59,566 nt of DNA from a virus (taxonomy: Duplodnaviria; Caudoviricetes). The notes under the pieces were generated by a model, which saw nothing but the letters and a program-made list of their open reading frames with translations, made no database searches and was not told the origin of the DNA. This document shows positions 45,338 to 54,238 of the stretch, piece after piece (within the stretch, counting starts at the first letter, position 1; each line of letters begins with the position of its first letter). Made by a program: the position numbers and the translations under genes. The stretch lies in the IMG/VR virus record IMGVR_UViG_3300046796_000573, positions 1 to 59,566 of that record, one strand, 5' to 3'.

Positions 45338-46749
45338 GCGCCGCCAAGCGCGTGCCGCACCTCCAGCTCGTCTCGCCGCCGACCGTCGCCGGTAAGCTGC
45401 CACCGCACGACCTCGAAGCAGAGGCCGCCGTGCTGAGCGCGTGCCTGCTGAAGCCCGCGTGCATGGACGAGGTGGCGCGCATGCTGCGGCCCGAGCACTT
45501 CTACTCGGAGGCGAACCGCCTGGTGTGGACGGCGATGCTCGCGATCGCTGAGCGCGGCGCACCGATCGACGTGGTGCAGGTGGCGAGCGAGCTGCGCGAC
45601 CGCGACCGGCTGCCGCAGACTGGCGGCACGGCGTACCTGGCGCAGATCGTCGATGCGACGCCCGCGATCGCACACGTGGTCGCGCACGCCACCACGGTGC
45701 TGCGCAAGGCACGCGTCCGCGCCACGATCGCGGCGATGCAGGTGGCCGTCGCCGAGGGGTACAACGACCACGGCGAGGACGAGACGTGGATGCGCGACGT
45801 GCCCATCCGCGTGGAGCAGGCGGCGCAAGCAGGCGCGGTGCTCCAGACCAGCCGCACGATCTTCGAGGCTGGCGAGGAGATGACCGCCGCGATCGAACGG
45901 ACGCGCGCGCTGGCCGAACTGGGCGTGCGGCCCGGGCTCGACGTGGGCGACCCGAACCTTCAGAAGCTGACCGGCGGCCTGCACGAGGCCGAGGTGACCA
46001 TGCTCAGCGCGCCCACCAAGGGCTTCAAGACGACGCGCGCGATGGCCATGGTGATGGCGGCCGCCAGCAGCGTGGAGCGCTACATCGACGAGGGGCAGGA
46101 GAAGCAACGGCCCAACGGCGTGGCAGTGTTCGAGCTCGAGATGACCGACACCGAGCTGGCCATGCTGGCCGCTTGCCAGGTGGGTGGCGCCGACCGCGAG
46201 CGCTTCCGCCTCGGCACGGCGACGCCTGGCGATTACGACAAGCTGTTCGCCGGCAAGCACGGCTTCGAGAAGCTGCCGATCATCATCGACGCGCGCACCG
46301 ACCTGACGATCGACACGCTGCGCGCCGCCGTGCGCGAGGCCCGCGTGAAGCTGTGGAACAAGTTCAAGGCGCCGCTGCGGCTGGTGGTGATCGACACGGT
46401 GCAGCTGCTGGCCACCAAGGGGAACACCGACCCCGACGCGATGCAGGGCTTGGTGGACGCAGCCGGCGCACGCATCCGCGAGCTCAGCCTGGAGAAGGAG
46501 TTCGCGCGCACCAGCTGGCTGGTCCTGTCGCAGCTCAACTCGCAGGGCCAGATGCGCGGCAGCCGCGCGCTGGAGCAGCACTGCACGTCGTGGTGGGACC
46601 TGCGCGTGGTGGACGACGACTCGCCCCAGGCGCGCGACTACATCAAGGTGGCGCGCATCACGGTGAAGCTCCAGCGCTCCGGCAAGCAGGGCAGCGACGT
46701 AATCGCAGCTGCGTGGCTGAACACCATTACCGGGCGCGTGTACGGATGA
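45334..46749 (+). CDS. dnaB: Replicative DNA helicase
   Basis: LPPHDLEAEAAVL N-domain, LTGGL, VVIDTVQLL, LSQLN, RGSRALEQ; Walker A degenerate (APTKGFKT). Confidence 0.9.
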   Translation: MSAAKRVPHLQLVSPPTVAGKLPPHDLEAEAAVLSACLLKPACMDEVARMLRPEHFYSEANRLVWTAMLAIAERGAPIDVVQVASELRDRDRLPQTGGTAYLAQIVDATPAIAHVVAHATTVLRKARVRATIAAMQVAVAEGYNDHGEDETWMRDVPIRVEQAAQAGAVLQTSRTIFEAGEEMTAAIERTRALAELGVRPGLDVGDPNLQKLTGGLHEAEVTMLSAPTKGFKTTRAMAMVMAAASSVERYIDEGQEKQRPNGVAVFELEMTDTELAMLAACQVGGADRERFRLGTATPGDYDKLFAGKHGFEKLPIIIDARTDLTIDTLRAAVREARVKLWNKFKAPLRLVVIDTVQLLATKGNTDPDAMQGLVDAAGARIRELSLEKEFARTSWLVLSQLNSQGQMRGSRALEQHCTSWWDLRVVDDDSPQARDYIKVARITVKLQRSGKQGSDVIAAAWLNTITGRVYG

Positions 46750-47513
46750 GGCGCATCGTCACCGCGCCGATCCACCTGAAGAGCGAGAACAAGTTCCGCG
46801 GCTTCACCGGTGGGTTCGTGGCGGCCAGCTCGAGCAAGCGCACGCGCCGCGACGTGGGCCTGGTGCTCACGCAGATCCCGAAGCCGCCGCTGCGCCTGGC
46901 CGACGGCAGCGCCAACACGTTCCGCGTCACGCTGGTGCGGATCAGCGTCGGCATCCTCGACGACGACAACCTGCGCGGCGCGTGCAAGGCGGCCCGCGAC
47001 GAGGTGGCTGCGTGGATCGGCATCGACGACGGCCACCACCTGATCCGCTTCCTCTACGACCAGAAGGGATGCAGGCGCGGGCGCTTCGGGCTTCAGATCA
47101 CGGTGGACGACGACACGCCTGGCGAGCCGTACGCGCGCGAGCTGGCCGGTGTGCCGGCGGCCACGTTCGAGGCACGCAAGCGCGGCGCACCGAAGCACCA
47201 GCGCTCGCAGCCGGTGCGCCCCAAGCAGGTGGAGCTGACGTTCCGCGACGCGTACGCGGTGCTGCCGTGGGAGCAGGACGGCGGCGAGCCGGTGCTCACC
47301 AAGCTGGCCATCCGCGGCGTCGATCCGCCGCGCGCGCTGCGGCTGCGCGTGCCCGCGCGAATGCTGTCCGCAGCGGCCAGCGTGCGCTACCAGCCAGGGG
47401 GCGAAGTGGTGCTGGAGCGCGGACTGGCGCGCGTCGGCTCGGAAGAGCTGTGGGTGTACACGGTGCCCGAGAGCACCACGGAGCAGGCAGAGCAACCAAC
47501 GGAGGAAGCATGA
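46746..47513 (+). CDS. RusA-like Holliday junction resolvase with C-terminal extension
   Basis: LDDDNL..ACK..RD...GIDD motif. Confidence 0.6.
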   Translation: MRRIVTAPIHLKSENKFRGFTGGFVAASSSKRTRRDVGLVLTQIPKPPLRLADGSANTFRVTLVRISVGILDDDNLRGACKAARDEVAAWIGIDDGHHLIRFLYDQKGCRRGRFGLQITVDDDTPGEPYARELAGVPAATFEARKRGAPKHQRSQPVRPKQVELTFRDAYAVLPWEQDGGEPVLTKLAIRGVDPPRALRLRVPARMLSAAASVRYQPGGEVVLERGLARVGSEELWVYTVPESTTEQAEQPTEEA

Positions 47514-47944
47514 AGATCGTGAAGGACGTGAAGAGCAAGATCGACGACGACCGCAGGCTGGCGCTGGGCCAGGAGATCGCACAGCACGCGATGCGGAAGG
47601 TGGAGCTGGAGGAGGCCAAGAAGAAGGCGGGCAGCGAGTACACGGTGAAGCTGAAGGCCGAGCTCGAGGCGCTCAACCGCAAGAGCAAGGCGCTGCTCAC
47701 CGGCGAGCTCGAAGAGGCCGTGGAGTGCGAGACGATCGAGGACTTCGAGCGCAACGAGGTCCGCACGGTGCGGTGCGACAGCGGCGAGATCGTGGCCACG
47801 CGCGCCATGACCGGCGACGAGCGCCAGACCACGATCGACGGCATCCCCGAGGCCAGCGTCGAGACCGGCGCAGGCGCCAAGCGCAAGCGGCTGCCCAAGG
47901 CGGGCACCGTCACCGACGACAGCGAACCGACGAAGGCGCACTGA
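47510..47944 (+). CDS. Conserved phage hypothetical protein
   Basis: GGAGG RBS; VRCDSGEIV.TRAMT..ERQ. Confidence 0.7.
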   Translation: MKIVKDVKSKIDDDRRLALGQEIAQHAMRKVELEEAKKKAGSEYTVKLKAELEALNRKSKALLTGELEEAVECETIEDFERNEVRTVRCDSGEIVATRAMTGDERQTTIDGIPEASVETGAGAKRKRLPKAGTVTDDSEPTKAH

Positions 47945-47945
47945 C

Positions 47946-48212
47946 GTGGCCACCATGCGCATGGTGCTGGACGGCACCGAGGACAAGGAGCCGGCCATCC
48001 CGGCGGAGATCGATCGCGCGGTGTTCCTTGAGAACCACTCCGGCAGCGGGCAGCCGTGCATCGGCATCGTGCTGCGCACCAAGGAGGGCACGCTGGTGGA
48101 GGGCATCACCTCGCTGGCGCTGTTCGAGACGGCGGCCAAGGCGTTCGCAGCGCGCGCCGACGCGCTGGGCTATCGCTACGACCCGGGCACCGGGCGACGG
48201 GTGAAGCCGTGA
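47946..48212 (+). CDS. Hypothetical protein
   Basis: High-GC3 frame. Confidence 0.55.
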   Translation: MATMRMVLDGTEDKEPAIPAEIDRAVFLENHSGSGQPCIGIVLRTKEGTLVEGITSLALFETAAKAFAARADALGYRYDPGTGRRVKP

Positions 48213-48595
48213 CCGCCGCAGCATGGTGCCGACTGGTGCTGCCGCTTCTGCTCGTCGTTGGCTGCGACGTGCCGGAGATCGCAGCCGAGCCTGGGCCGAC
48301 CACGGTGGCGCTCGCACCCGCGCCCAGCTGCCGCACCGAGCCGATGCCCAGGTGGCTGACGGGCACGACGGTGGACGTCGACGCGAACGAGGTGGGCATC
48401 GCCTCTGTCCGCTGCGACGCCGGCACCAAGCTGGTCACGGGTGGCTGCCGCTCGGCGGGCAACGTGGGCGACCTGGTGATCGTCGAGAGCACGCCGCTCG
48501 AGGACGAAGGGTGGCGCTGCGCTGCCCGCGCGTGGGATGCCGGCGCGACGCACCTTGTCGTGTCGATCGTCTGCGAAGGGTGGCCGGAGCCATGA
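48209..48595 (+). CDS. Lipoprotein
   Basis: Lipobox LVVGC; CDAGTKLVTGGC Cys-rich domain. Confidence 0.6.
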   Translation: MTAAAWCRLVLPLLLVVGCDVPEIAAEPGPTTVALAPAPSCRTEPMPRWLTGTTVDVDANEVGIASVRCDAGTKLVTGGCRSAGNVGDLVIVESTPLEDEGWRCAARAWDAGATHLVVSIVCEGWPEP

Positions 48596-48984
48596 CCACC
48601 GACGACGTGAAGCAGAACGCGCCGGCAGCACCGCAGCGCAAGCTGGTGATGGGCGACGCGGAGCTGCGCCGCTACGCGAAGCAGATCACCGGCGTGGACG
48701 CGACGCTGGAGTGGATGAGCCCGGGGGACGCGCAGCTGCGGCTCCAGGCGCACAAGCCGACGGCGACGCTGATCGAGCACAAGCACCCGGCGGCCGTCGT
48801 GCTGGTGATGACGAGCGGCTCGGAGTCGTGGGCGCTCGGTTCGGTGGTGGATACGCCGCACCACCGCGACGTCGTGCGGGCGCAGATGGCGTGCTCGCTG
48901 GTGCACGAGCGCGACAAGTGCACGTGTAACGGCGGCGTCTGCGCGGCGTGGCGGCGCGAGCTCGGGCGCCTGCGCGGCAGCTGA
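48592..48984 (+). CDS. Hypothetical protein
   Basis: ATGA coupling; C-term CTCNGGVC. Confidence 0.55.
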   Translation: MTTDDVKQNAPAAPQRKLVMGDAELRRYAKQITGVDATLEWMSPGDAQLRLQAHKPTATLIEHKHPAAVVLVMTSGSESWALGSVVDTPHHRDVVRAQMACSLVHERDKCTCNGGVCAAWRRELGRLRGS

Positions 48985-49019
48985 AAAGGCGAACGCCCCG
49001 TCGTCGGGACGGGGCGTTC
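48985..49019. terminator. Perfect 12-bp hairpin, putative terminator
   Basis: GAACGCCCCGTC-gtcgg-GACGGGGCGTTC with upstream A run (U tract on - strand). Confidence 0.65.
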
Positions 49020-49086
49020 ATGCGACCGACAGCTGGCTGGCCTGGAGCGGGCAGAGGGACCGAAGGTGCGCCACCAAGGAGTAGCG

Positions 49087-49920
49087 ATGGCTAAGGCGAA
49101 GCGCAAGCCGCACGTGAGCGGCGAGGTGGAGCTGGTGGAGCTGGCAACGGTGCGGCCCAACGGGTGGAACCCCAACGAGTGCGACGCGCACACGCTGGCG
49201 TCGATCGAGCGCGGCTTCACCGAGGAGGGCTGGCTGAAGTCCCACGCGCTGACGATCTGGCGCACCGACGAGAAGGGCGTGGAGAAGCGCCTGATCATCG
49301 ACGGCGAGCACCGGTGGGAGGTGGGCACGCGCCTCGACATGAAGCACGGCCCGGGCATGTTCATCGACGGCATCACCGAGGCGCAGGCCAAGGCGCTGAC
49401 CATCAAGCTGGACAAGCGGCGCGGCGCGTTCCTCGCCGACCCGCTCGCCGCACTGCTCGCCGAGCTGCGCGCCACGTTGAACAGCGACGACCTGGCGCAG
49501 GAGCTGGGCTTCGCGCCGGAGGAGCTGCTCAAGGCGCTGCCCAGCCCGGAGAACCTTGCCGACGGCAGCGCGTTCCCACCGAAGCCGCCGGCACCAGGGC
49601 CGAACAACGTGAACCCAACGCAGGGCGCGGGCAGCCCGTACACGCGCGTGGTGCAGCTGTACCTGTCGATCGACGACCACGCCGCGTACCACGGCACGTA
49701 CGGCGGCGCGTACCTGGGGTTCCCGGAGTTCTTCTGCGGCGTGGACATGCGCGACGGCGACGCGATCCTGTTCGACCCGCACGCGTGGCACGCCGTGACC
49801 GACTTCGAGGACAAGGGCGACGACGCGGAGCGGATCAGCGTCGTGTACTACCTGCGCTCGAGGATCGACCAGTGCCAGACACCGGAGCTCGAGCTCCAGA
49901 GAGCGCAGGCTGCACGATGA
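49087..49920 (+). CDS. ParB/Srx-like domain fused to C-terminal fragment of a TET/JBP-type 2OG-Fe(II) oxygenase
   Basis: PNGWNPN, IIDGEHRW; then GTYGGAYLGFP...RDGDAILFD.HAWH..T...RISVVYYLR; HxD absent. Confidence 0.7.
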   Translation: MAKAKRKPHVSGEVELVELATVRPNGWNPNECDAHTLASIERGFTEEGWLKSHALTIWRTDEKGVEKRLIIDGEHRWEVGTRLDMKHGPGMFIDGITEAQAKALTIKLDKRRGAFLADPLAALLAELRATLNSDDLAQELGFAPEELLKALPSPENLADGSAFPPKPPAPGPNNVNPTQGAGSPYTRVVQLYLSIDDHAAYHGTYGGAYLGFPEFFCGVDMRDGDAILFDPHAWHAVTDFEDKGDDAERISVVYYLRSRIDQCQTPELELQRAQAAR

Positions 49921-50705
49921 TCGTCATCCCCTCACACCGTAGATGCGATTCGCTGGCGGCCATCGCCCTGGCGTGGCTCGCGTCTACCGACGTCCCGCTG
50001 AGCGAGGTGGTGGTCGTCGTCAGCGACGAGGCCGATCGCGCCGAGTACAGCGCCCGCCTGCCGGTGCGCGTGGTGCTGCCGCCGCAACGCCAAAGCACCG
50101 GGCTGACCGACAAGCTGAACGCCATCCACTACGGCATGGGCGACCGCGAGCTGGTGCTGCTCGAGGACGACATCGTTGTGTGCGGCGACGATCGCAAACC
50201 AATCACCAAGCTTCAGCGCGTGCTGGACGAGGGCGCCGAAGCGATTGCCGGCGGTGGGCTTTGGGGAGTCGCCAGCTCGTCCAACCCATTCTTCTACGGG
50301 CGGCCAGGTGCGGGCTTCCGCTTCATCGCCGGGTTCATCTGGGGCTCCCGCGGCAACGCCGATCCCGAGCTCGCATGCACGGTGCCGGTGAAGGCCGACT
50401 ACGAGCGCACCTGCCGCTACTATCGGCGGTTCGGGACGCTGCACAGGGTGGGCGGTGTGGGGGCCAAGGCCAAGGCCAGCTACGCGCTCGCCGGCGGCAT
50501 CCAAGCAAACCACACACACGAGGCCCGCCAGGTGCTGGAACGGCAGGCCGTGCTCGATCTCTGCCAGGCGTTCCCGCACTGGCTGGCGCCCAACGAGCAA
50601 CGCAAGAGCGGGTTCCCCGAGCTGCGGCTGCTCAAGGCACCGGCGAGCGCACCGGCGTATCCGCCTGCACCGTTGGAGGCTTGGCCGTGCGGCTGGCTGC
50701 TCTAG
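49917..50705 (+). CDS. GT-A glycosyltransferase (TET-associated/GREB1-like)
   Basis: IVIPSHRR, LLEDDI (DxD-like), LWGV...NPFF, KADYERT, GGIQ. Confidence 0.75.
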   Translation: MIVIPSHRRCDSLAAIALAWLASTDVPLSEVVVVVSDEADRAEYSARLPVRVVLPPQRQSTGLTDKLNAIHYGMGDRELVLLEDDIVVCGDDRKPITKLQRVLDEGAEAIAGGGLWGVASSSNPFFYGRPGAGFRFIAGFIWGSRGNADPELACTVPVKADYERTCRYYRRFGTLHRVGGVGAKAKASYALAGGIQANHTHEARQVLERQAVLDLCQAFPHWLAPNEQRKSGFPELRLLKAPASAPAYPPAPLEAWPCGWLL

Positions 50706-51418
50706 GGCACAGCGGCTCCAGCGTGCGCAAGGTCGGCCCGCTGGTGGTGAAGACGGGCCCGCTGCGCATGCTCGAAGGCGTGGCGAAGCAGCGGGCGAAC
50801 CCCAGCGTGCGGCTGCCGTCCGTGCCTGTGGTGGCAGCGTGGGCGATGGGCGATCGCGGCGTGGTGGTGATGCGCCACCAGGCTGGCCTCGCCGCCGTCG
50901 AACGCGTGGACGTGGCGCGCACCGCAGCGCACGCCGCGATCGCCTACGTGCGTAGCAACGTGCTGCCCGGCAGCGTGTCGGCGTGGCGCCTGGCCGAGCG
51001 CCTGGTGGACACCGTGAAGACCTGGCGCGCCAAGTCGGTGGCAAAGGCGCTCGCCACGCTGAGCCTGCCCGCGGGCCGCTGCCACGGCGACCTGACGCTC
51101 TCGAACATCATCGTGGAGGGCTCGCGCGCCCACGTGCTGGACTTCGCGTCGCTGCCCATCGAGAGCCCAGCGATCGACGCGTGCAAGCTGCTCCAGGACG
51201 CGGTGCACGGGTGGGCGCTGCGCATCGCACCGCGGATCGCCGACGAGCGCGCGCTGAACGCCGCGTGCGAGGTGCTGCTGCCGGCGCTCCAGCGCCTGCC
51301 GGGCTACAGCACCTGGGGCGACGTGCTGATGGCGTGGACGCTGCTGCGTGCGTGGCCGTATGCATCGCCCGAGCTGCGGGAGTGGATCGAACGGGAGGTG
51401 GACGCGTGCATGTTCTGA
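50687..51418 (+). CDS. APH/choline kinase-fold phosphotransferase
   Basis: GHSG loop, CHGDLTLSNI, VLDF, D..KL.QD. Confidence 0.8.
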   Translation: MRLAALGHSGSSVRKVGPLVVKTGPLRMLEGVAKQRANPSVRLPSVPVVAAWAMGDRGVVVMRHQAGLAAVERVDVARTAAHAAIAYVRSNVLPGSVSAWRLAERLVDTVKTWRAKSVAKALATLSLPAGRCHGDLTLSNIIVEGSRAHVLDFASLPIESPAIDACKLLQDAVHGWALRIAPRIADERALNAACEVLLPALQRLPGYSTWGDVLMAWTLLRAWPYASPELREWIEREVDACMF

Positions 51419-52089
51419 TCGTCACGGCAGCGGGCACGTCGGACAGGTTCGGCGGCGAGACGAAATGGGCCCTGCGCGACCCGCGCACCGGTCACTCGCT
51501 GCTGCACTGCGCAGTGGACGGCGTGAAGGGCTGGGACCGCCTGGTGGTGGCCGTGCGCCGGCACCCGAAGGAGCACCCGGCCGAGGACTGGGCCGTGCGC
51601 GAGCTGGGCATGATGGGCGCCGACGTGGTGAAGGTGGGCGAGACGGCCAGCCACGCGGAGACGGCGCAGAAGACCATCGCCCTGGCCTGCCGCCCGGACG
51701 ACGTGGTGACCATCCGCGACGCGGACAACCGCGTGGACCTGCACCTGCGCAGCTGCAACGCCATCGGCGTGTACGTGCCGAAGAGCGGCCGCGACCGCCT
51801 CCGCACCGACGCGAAGGGCAAAGCGGGCGTCCGCCGCAGCAAGAACCGCGTGACGAACATCTTCGAGCGGCGCGGCAACGCCGACGCGTGCTTCAGCGTT
51901 GGGTGCATCACGTTCGCCAGCGCAGAGCAGGCCCGCGTCCTCCTGGACGACGGCGTGGCGCGCATCAGCACGGGCATCCAGCGGCTCATCGACCGCGGCG
52001 AGCAGGTGGCCGCCATCGAGAGCAAGGCGTTCGACGACTGGGGCACACGCGCCGCGTGGGAGCGGTACGTGGCAGAATCGAAGGCGTGA
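51406..52089 (+). CDS. Sugar-phosphate nucleotidyltransferase (NTP_transferase)
   Basis: TAAGTSDRF...KW, TASHAET, RDADN, DWGT. Confidence 0.8.
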   Translation: MHVLIVTAAGTSDRFGGETKWALRDPRTGHSLLHCAVDGVKGWDRLVVAVRRHPKEHPAEDWAVRELGMMGADVVKVGETASHAETAQKTIALACRPDDVVTIRDADNRVDLHLRSCNAIGVYVPKSGRDRLRTDAKGKAGVRRSKNRVTNIFERRGNADACFSVGCITFASAEQARVLLDDGVARISTGIQRLIDRGEQVAAIESKAFDDWGTRAAWERYVAESKA

Positions 52090-52307
52090 GCAAGCTGGCC
52101 GAAACACCGCCCTGGATCGCGCTCGAGCGGGACGCAGCGCATGCTGGGGCACGTGGCGAGATCGAGCGGTCGGGCATCTTGATGTGGGCCGCGTGGCGCT
52201 CGCGCAAGACGTGTCGGTGCCTGATCCCCGAGCGGCCCGGGCAGCCGTTCGCGGTGGTGCACCGGGCCTGCCCCGTCCACCCGTTGCCCGTGCGGATGCT
52301 GACGTGA
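52086..52307 (+). CDS. Small Cys/His protein
   Basis: CRC...CPVH; coupled. Confidence 0.5.
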   Translation: MSKLAETPPWIALERDAAHAGARGEIERSGILMWAAWRSRKTCRCLIPERPGQPFAVVHRACPVHPLPVRMLT

Positions 52308-53260
52308 GCAAGCCAGGCGAGAAGTTCCCCGGCCTCGACGCCATCCGCGCCAGGGCTGCGCGCCCAGCCAGCGAGAAGAAGCGCGGTGGCAAGGCGCCCA
52401 GGCCGTACACCGCGGAGGAGCTCGCCGCTCTGCCGCCCAGCGTGCGCAAGCGCGTGCTCGCCCGCAGCACGCCCACCATGACCAAGGACGGCGTCGTCCA
52501 CGTGGGCCGCCCCAGCAAGCTCACGGAGGAGCTCATCGCCGAGGTGGTGAAGGGCATGGTCAGCGGTGCACCCGTCCAGATCGTTGCCGGTGCGCACGGC
52601 GTCAACCGCGACACGTGCAACGAGTGGCTCCGGCACGGCCAGCACCCCGAGTACGCCGGCACCCTGGAGCAGAAGTTTGCGGTCGCCGTCGCCCGGGCGC
52701 GTGACGAAGCGCTCTATGGGATGGCAGCTCGCGTCCGCACCGGTAGCCGAGGATGGCAGGGGAGCGCCTGGCTGCTGGAGCGGCTGGAGCGGGACACCTT
52801 CAAGCCGCCCACGTCGCGGCAGGAGATCTCCGGGCCGGGTGGCGGCAGCATCCAGATCACCCCGATGACCTGCACCCTGCCCGCCGAGGTGGGAGCGGAT
52901 GGCCGTGTGCTCGAGCTCGCGGCGACGTCGGTGGCTGCCGGCGTCAACGGGCTGGGCCTGGTGCAGGGGGACGCTCTGCCGAGCGGAGAGCCAGAAGCCG
53001 CGCGCGAGGGGGCCCCCAGCAACGGAGCGGACCACGGATCGCTCGGAGATCGCAAGGCGACCGCCTCGAATGGGGGCTTGACAGGTTTTGCCTACACCAA
53101 CGGCCACGGCACCAACGGCACGTCCGCGTACACGGCGCCCGAGCACCCGCTGTGCCCCAGCTGCGGGCTGCCCATCGAGGAGCGCCCGCTGCACCTGGTG
53201 GACGGCGTGGCCCACCACCTTGGGGGCTGCCCCGACCCGCCCACCAGCAACGAGGAGTGA
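52304..53260 (+). CDS. Terminase small subunit-like protein
   Basis: GRPSKLT HTH, WQGSAWLLER, EISGPGGGSI. Confidence 0.75.
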   Translation: MSKPGEKFPGLDAIRARAARPASEKKRGGKAPRPYTAEELAALPPSVRKRVLARSTPTMTKDGVVHVGRPSKLTEELIAEVVKGMVSGAPVQIVAGAHGVNRDTCNEWLRHGQHPEYAGTLEQKFAVAVARARDEALYGMAARVRTGSRGWQGSAWLLERLERDTFKPPTSRQEISGPGGGSIQITPMTCTLPAEVGADGRVLELAATSVAAGVNGLGLVQGDALPSGEPEAAREGAPSNGADHGSLGDRKATASNGGLTGFAYTNGHGTNGTSAYTAPEHPLCPSCGLPIEERPLHLVDGVAHHLGGCPDPPTSNEE

Positions 53261-53264
53261 CCCC

Positions 53265-53528
53265 ATGATCTGCCGCGCCGTGCACCACCTTCAGGACCAC
53301 TGCATCGTCGTGGATGCGGTGCTCGATCGCGACGCCAAGCCTGGCGACCGCTTCCAGGACCCGCGCGGCAACGTGTGGACGGTGCGCGCCTTCGAGGAGG
53401 ACACGCGCGTCCGCGACCGGAAGGGCGACCGGGCAGGTATGGCCCTGGAGGAGCACCACCGGCAGCACCTCACCGGGCAGGAGGGCCCACGCAAGGGCGA
53501 CCTCCTGGTGTGGCTGCCGCAGGCGTAG
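53265..53528 (+). CDS. Hypothetical protein
   Basis: GAGGAG RBS. Confidence 0.5.
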   Translation: MICRAVHHLQDHCIVVDAVLDRDAKPGDRFQDPRGNVWTVRAFEEDTRVRDRKGDRAGMALEEHHRQHLTGQEGPRKGDLLVWLPQA

Positions 53529-53633
53529 GATGGGTGGTCCGTAGCTCGAGCTCAATTCGGGACAGCTCGTTCAGGAACGCCCGGCTCCGTGGCGTGCGGA
53601 CACGGGCCCCATGGTGGGTGTAGGCTCCCGGGC

Positions 53634-54002
53634 ATGGCAGCTCCGTGGAGACTCATCGGCCAGGCAGACGGCGCAGGCGGCAACCTCGGCGGCGAAAACT
53701 CGCCGAACACCACGCCACCCGTGGCCTCGCGCATCCACGCGATCTCCGCCAAGGAGCAGGGCCAGGGCGTCAGCGGGTTCCTGGCCATGTGCCTCGATGG
53801 CACCTCGCAGCAGATCACGCTCTGGTCGCGCGAGACGCGCACCGGGCTGTGGATTCAGCTGCACGCCACCGCAACGGCCACGCTCTACACCGGCGGCCCG
53901 GCGGTCAAGACGGCCCTGTTCGACGTGCGCGGCCACGACATCTTCGCGCGCCTCGAGACGAACACCGGCAACGTCAAGCGCATCGCGTGGTGCCTGGTCT
54001 GA
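53634..54002 (+). CDS. Hypothetical protein
   Basis: TAGGCT-N7-ATG. Confidence 0.6.
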   Translation: MAAPWRLIGQADGAGGNLGGENSPNTTPPVASRIHAISAKEQGQGVSGFLAMCLDGTSQQITLWSRETRTGLWIQLHATATATLYTGGPAVKTALFDVRGHDIFARLETNTGNVKRIAWCLV

Positions 54003-54007
54003 CGCTC

Positions 54008-54238
54008 GTGGTCGCGCGGCTGCTCATCGCGGTGCTGCTGCTGGCCGTGTCCGTGGGGCTGCTGGTGTTCACGCTGCGCATCGGTGTCGAGCCTCGAGCG
54101 GCGACACGCGTCGCCCGTCGACGAGCGACGTCGCCCAGGTCCTCGCGCAACGTGGGCACGCCCTACCGCAGGCCCGGGCGCAAGGAGCCACCGCCACCGC
54201 CGGCGGACATGGGCCCACCCAAGCGCGTGCGCTGCTGA
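54008..54238 (+). CDS. Small membrane protein
   Basis: N-term TM helix, basic tail. Confidence 0.45.
   Translation: MVARLLIAVLLLAVSVGLLVFTLRIGVEPRAATRVARRRATSPRSSRNVGTPYRRPGRKEPPPPPADMGPPKRVRC

Noticed and set aside
49087-49500. ParB as evidence of a plasmid-prophage partition system
   Set aside because: No ParA and no parS-binding HTH region; context is a modification cluster
53529-53633. Intergenic region as tRNA or ncRNA
   Set aside because: Only short weak stems; no cloverleaf or T-loop motif
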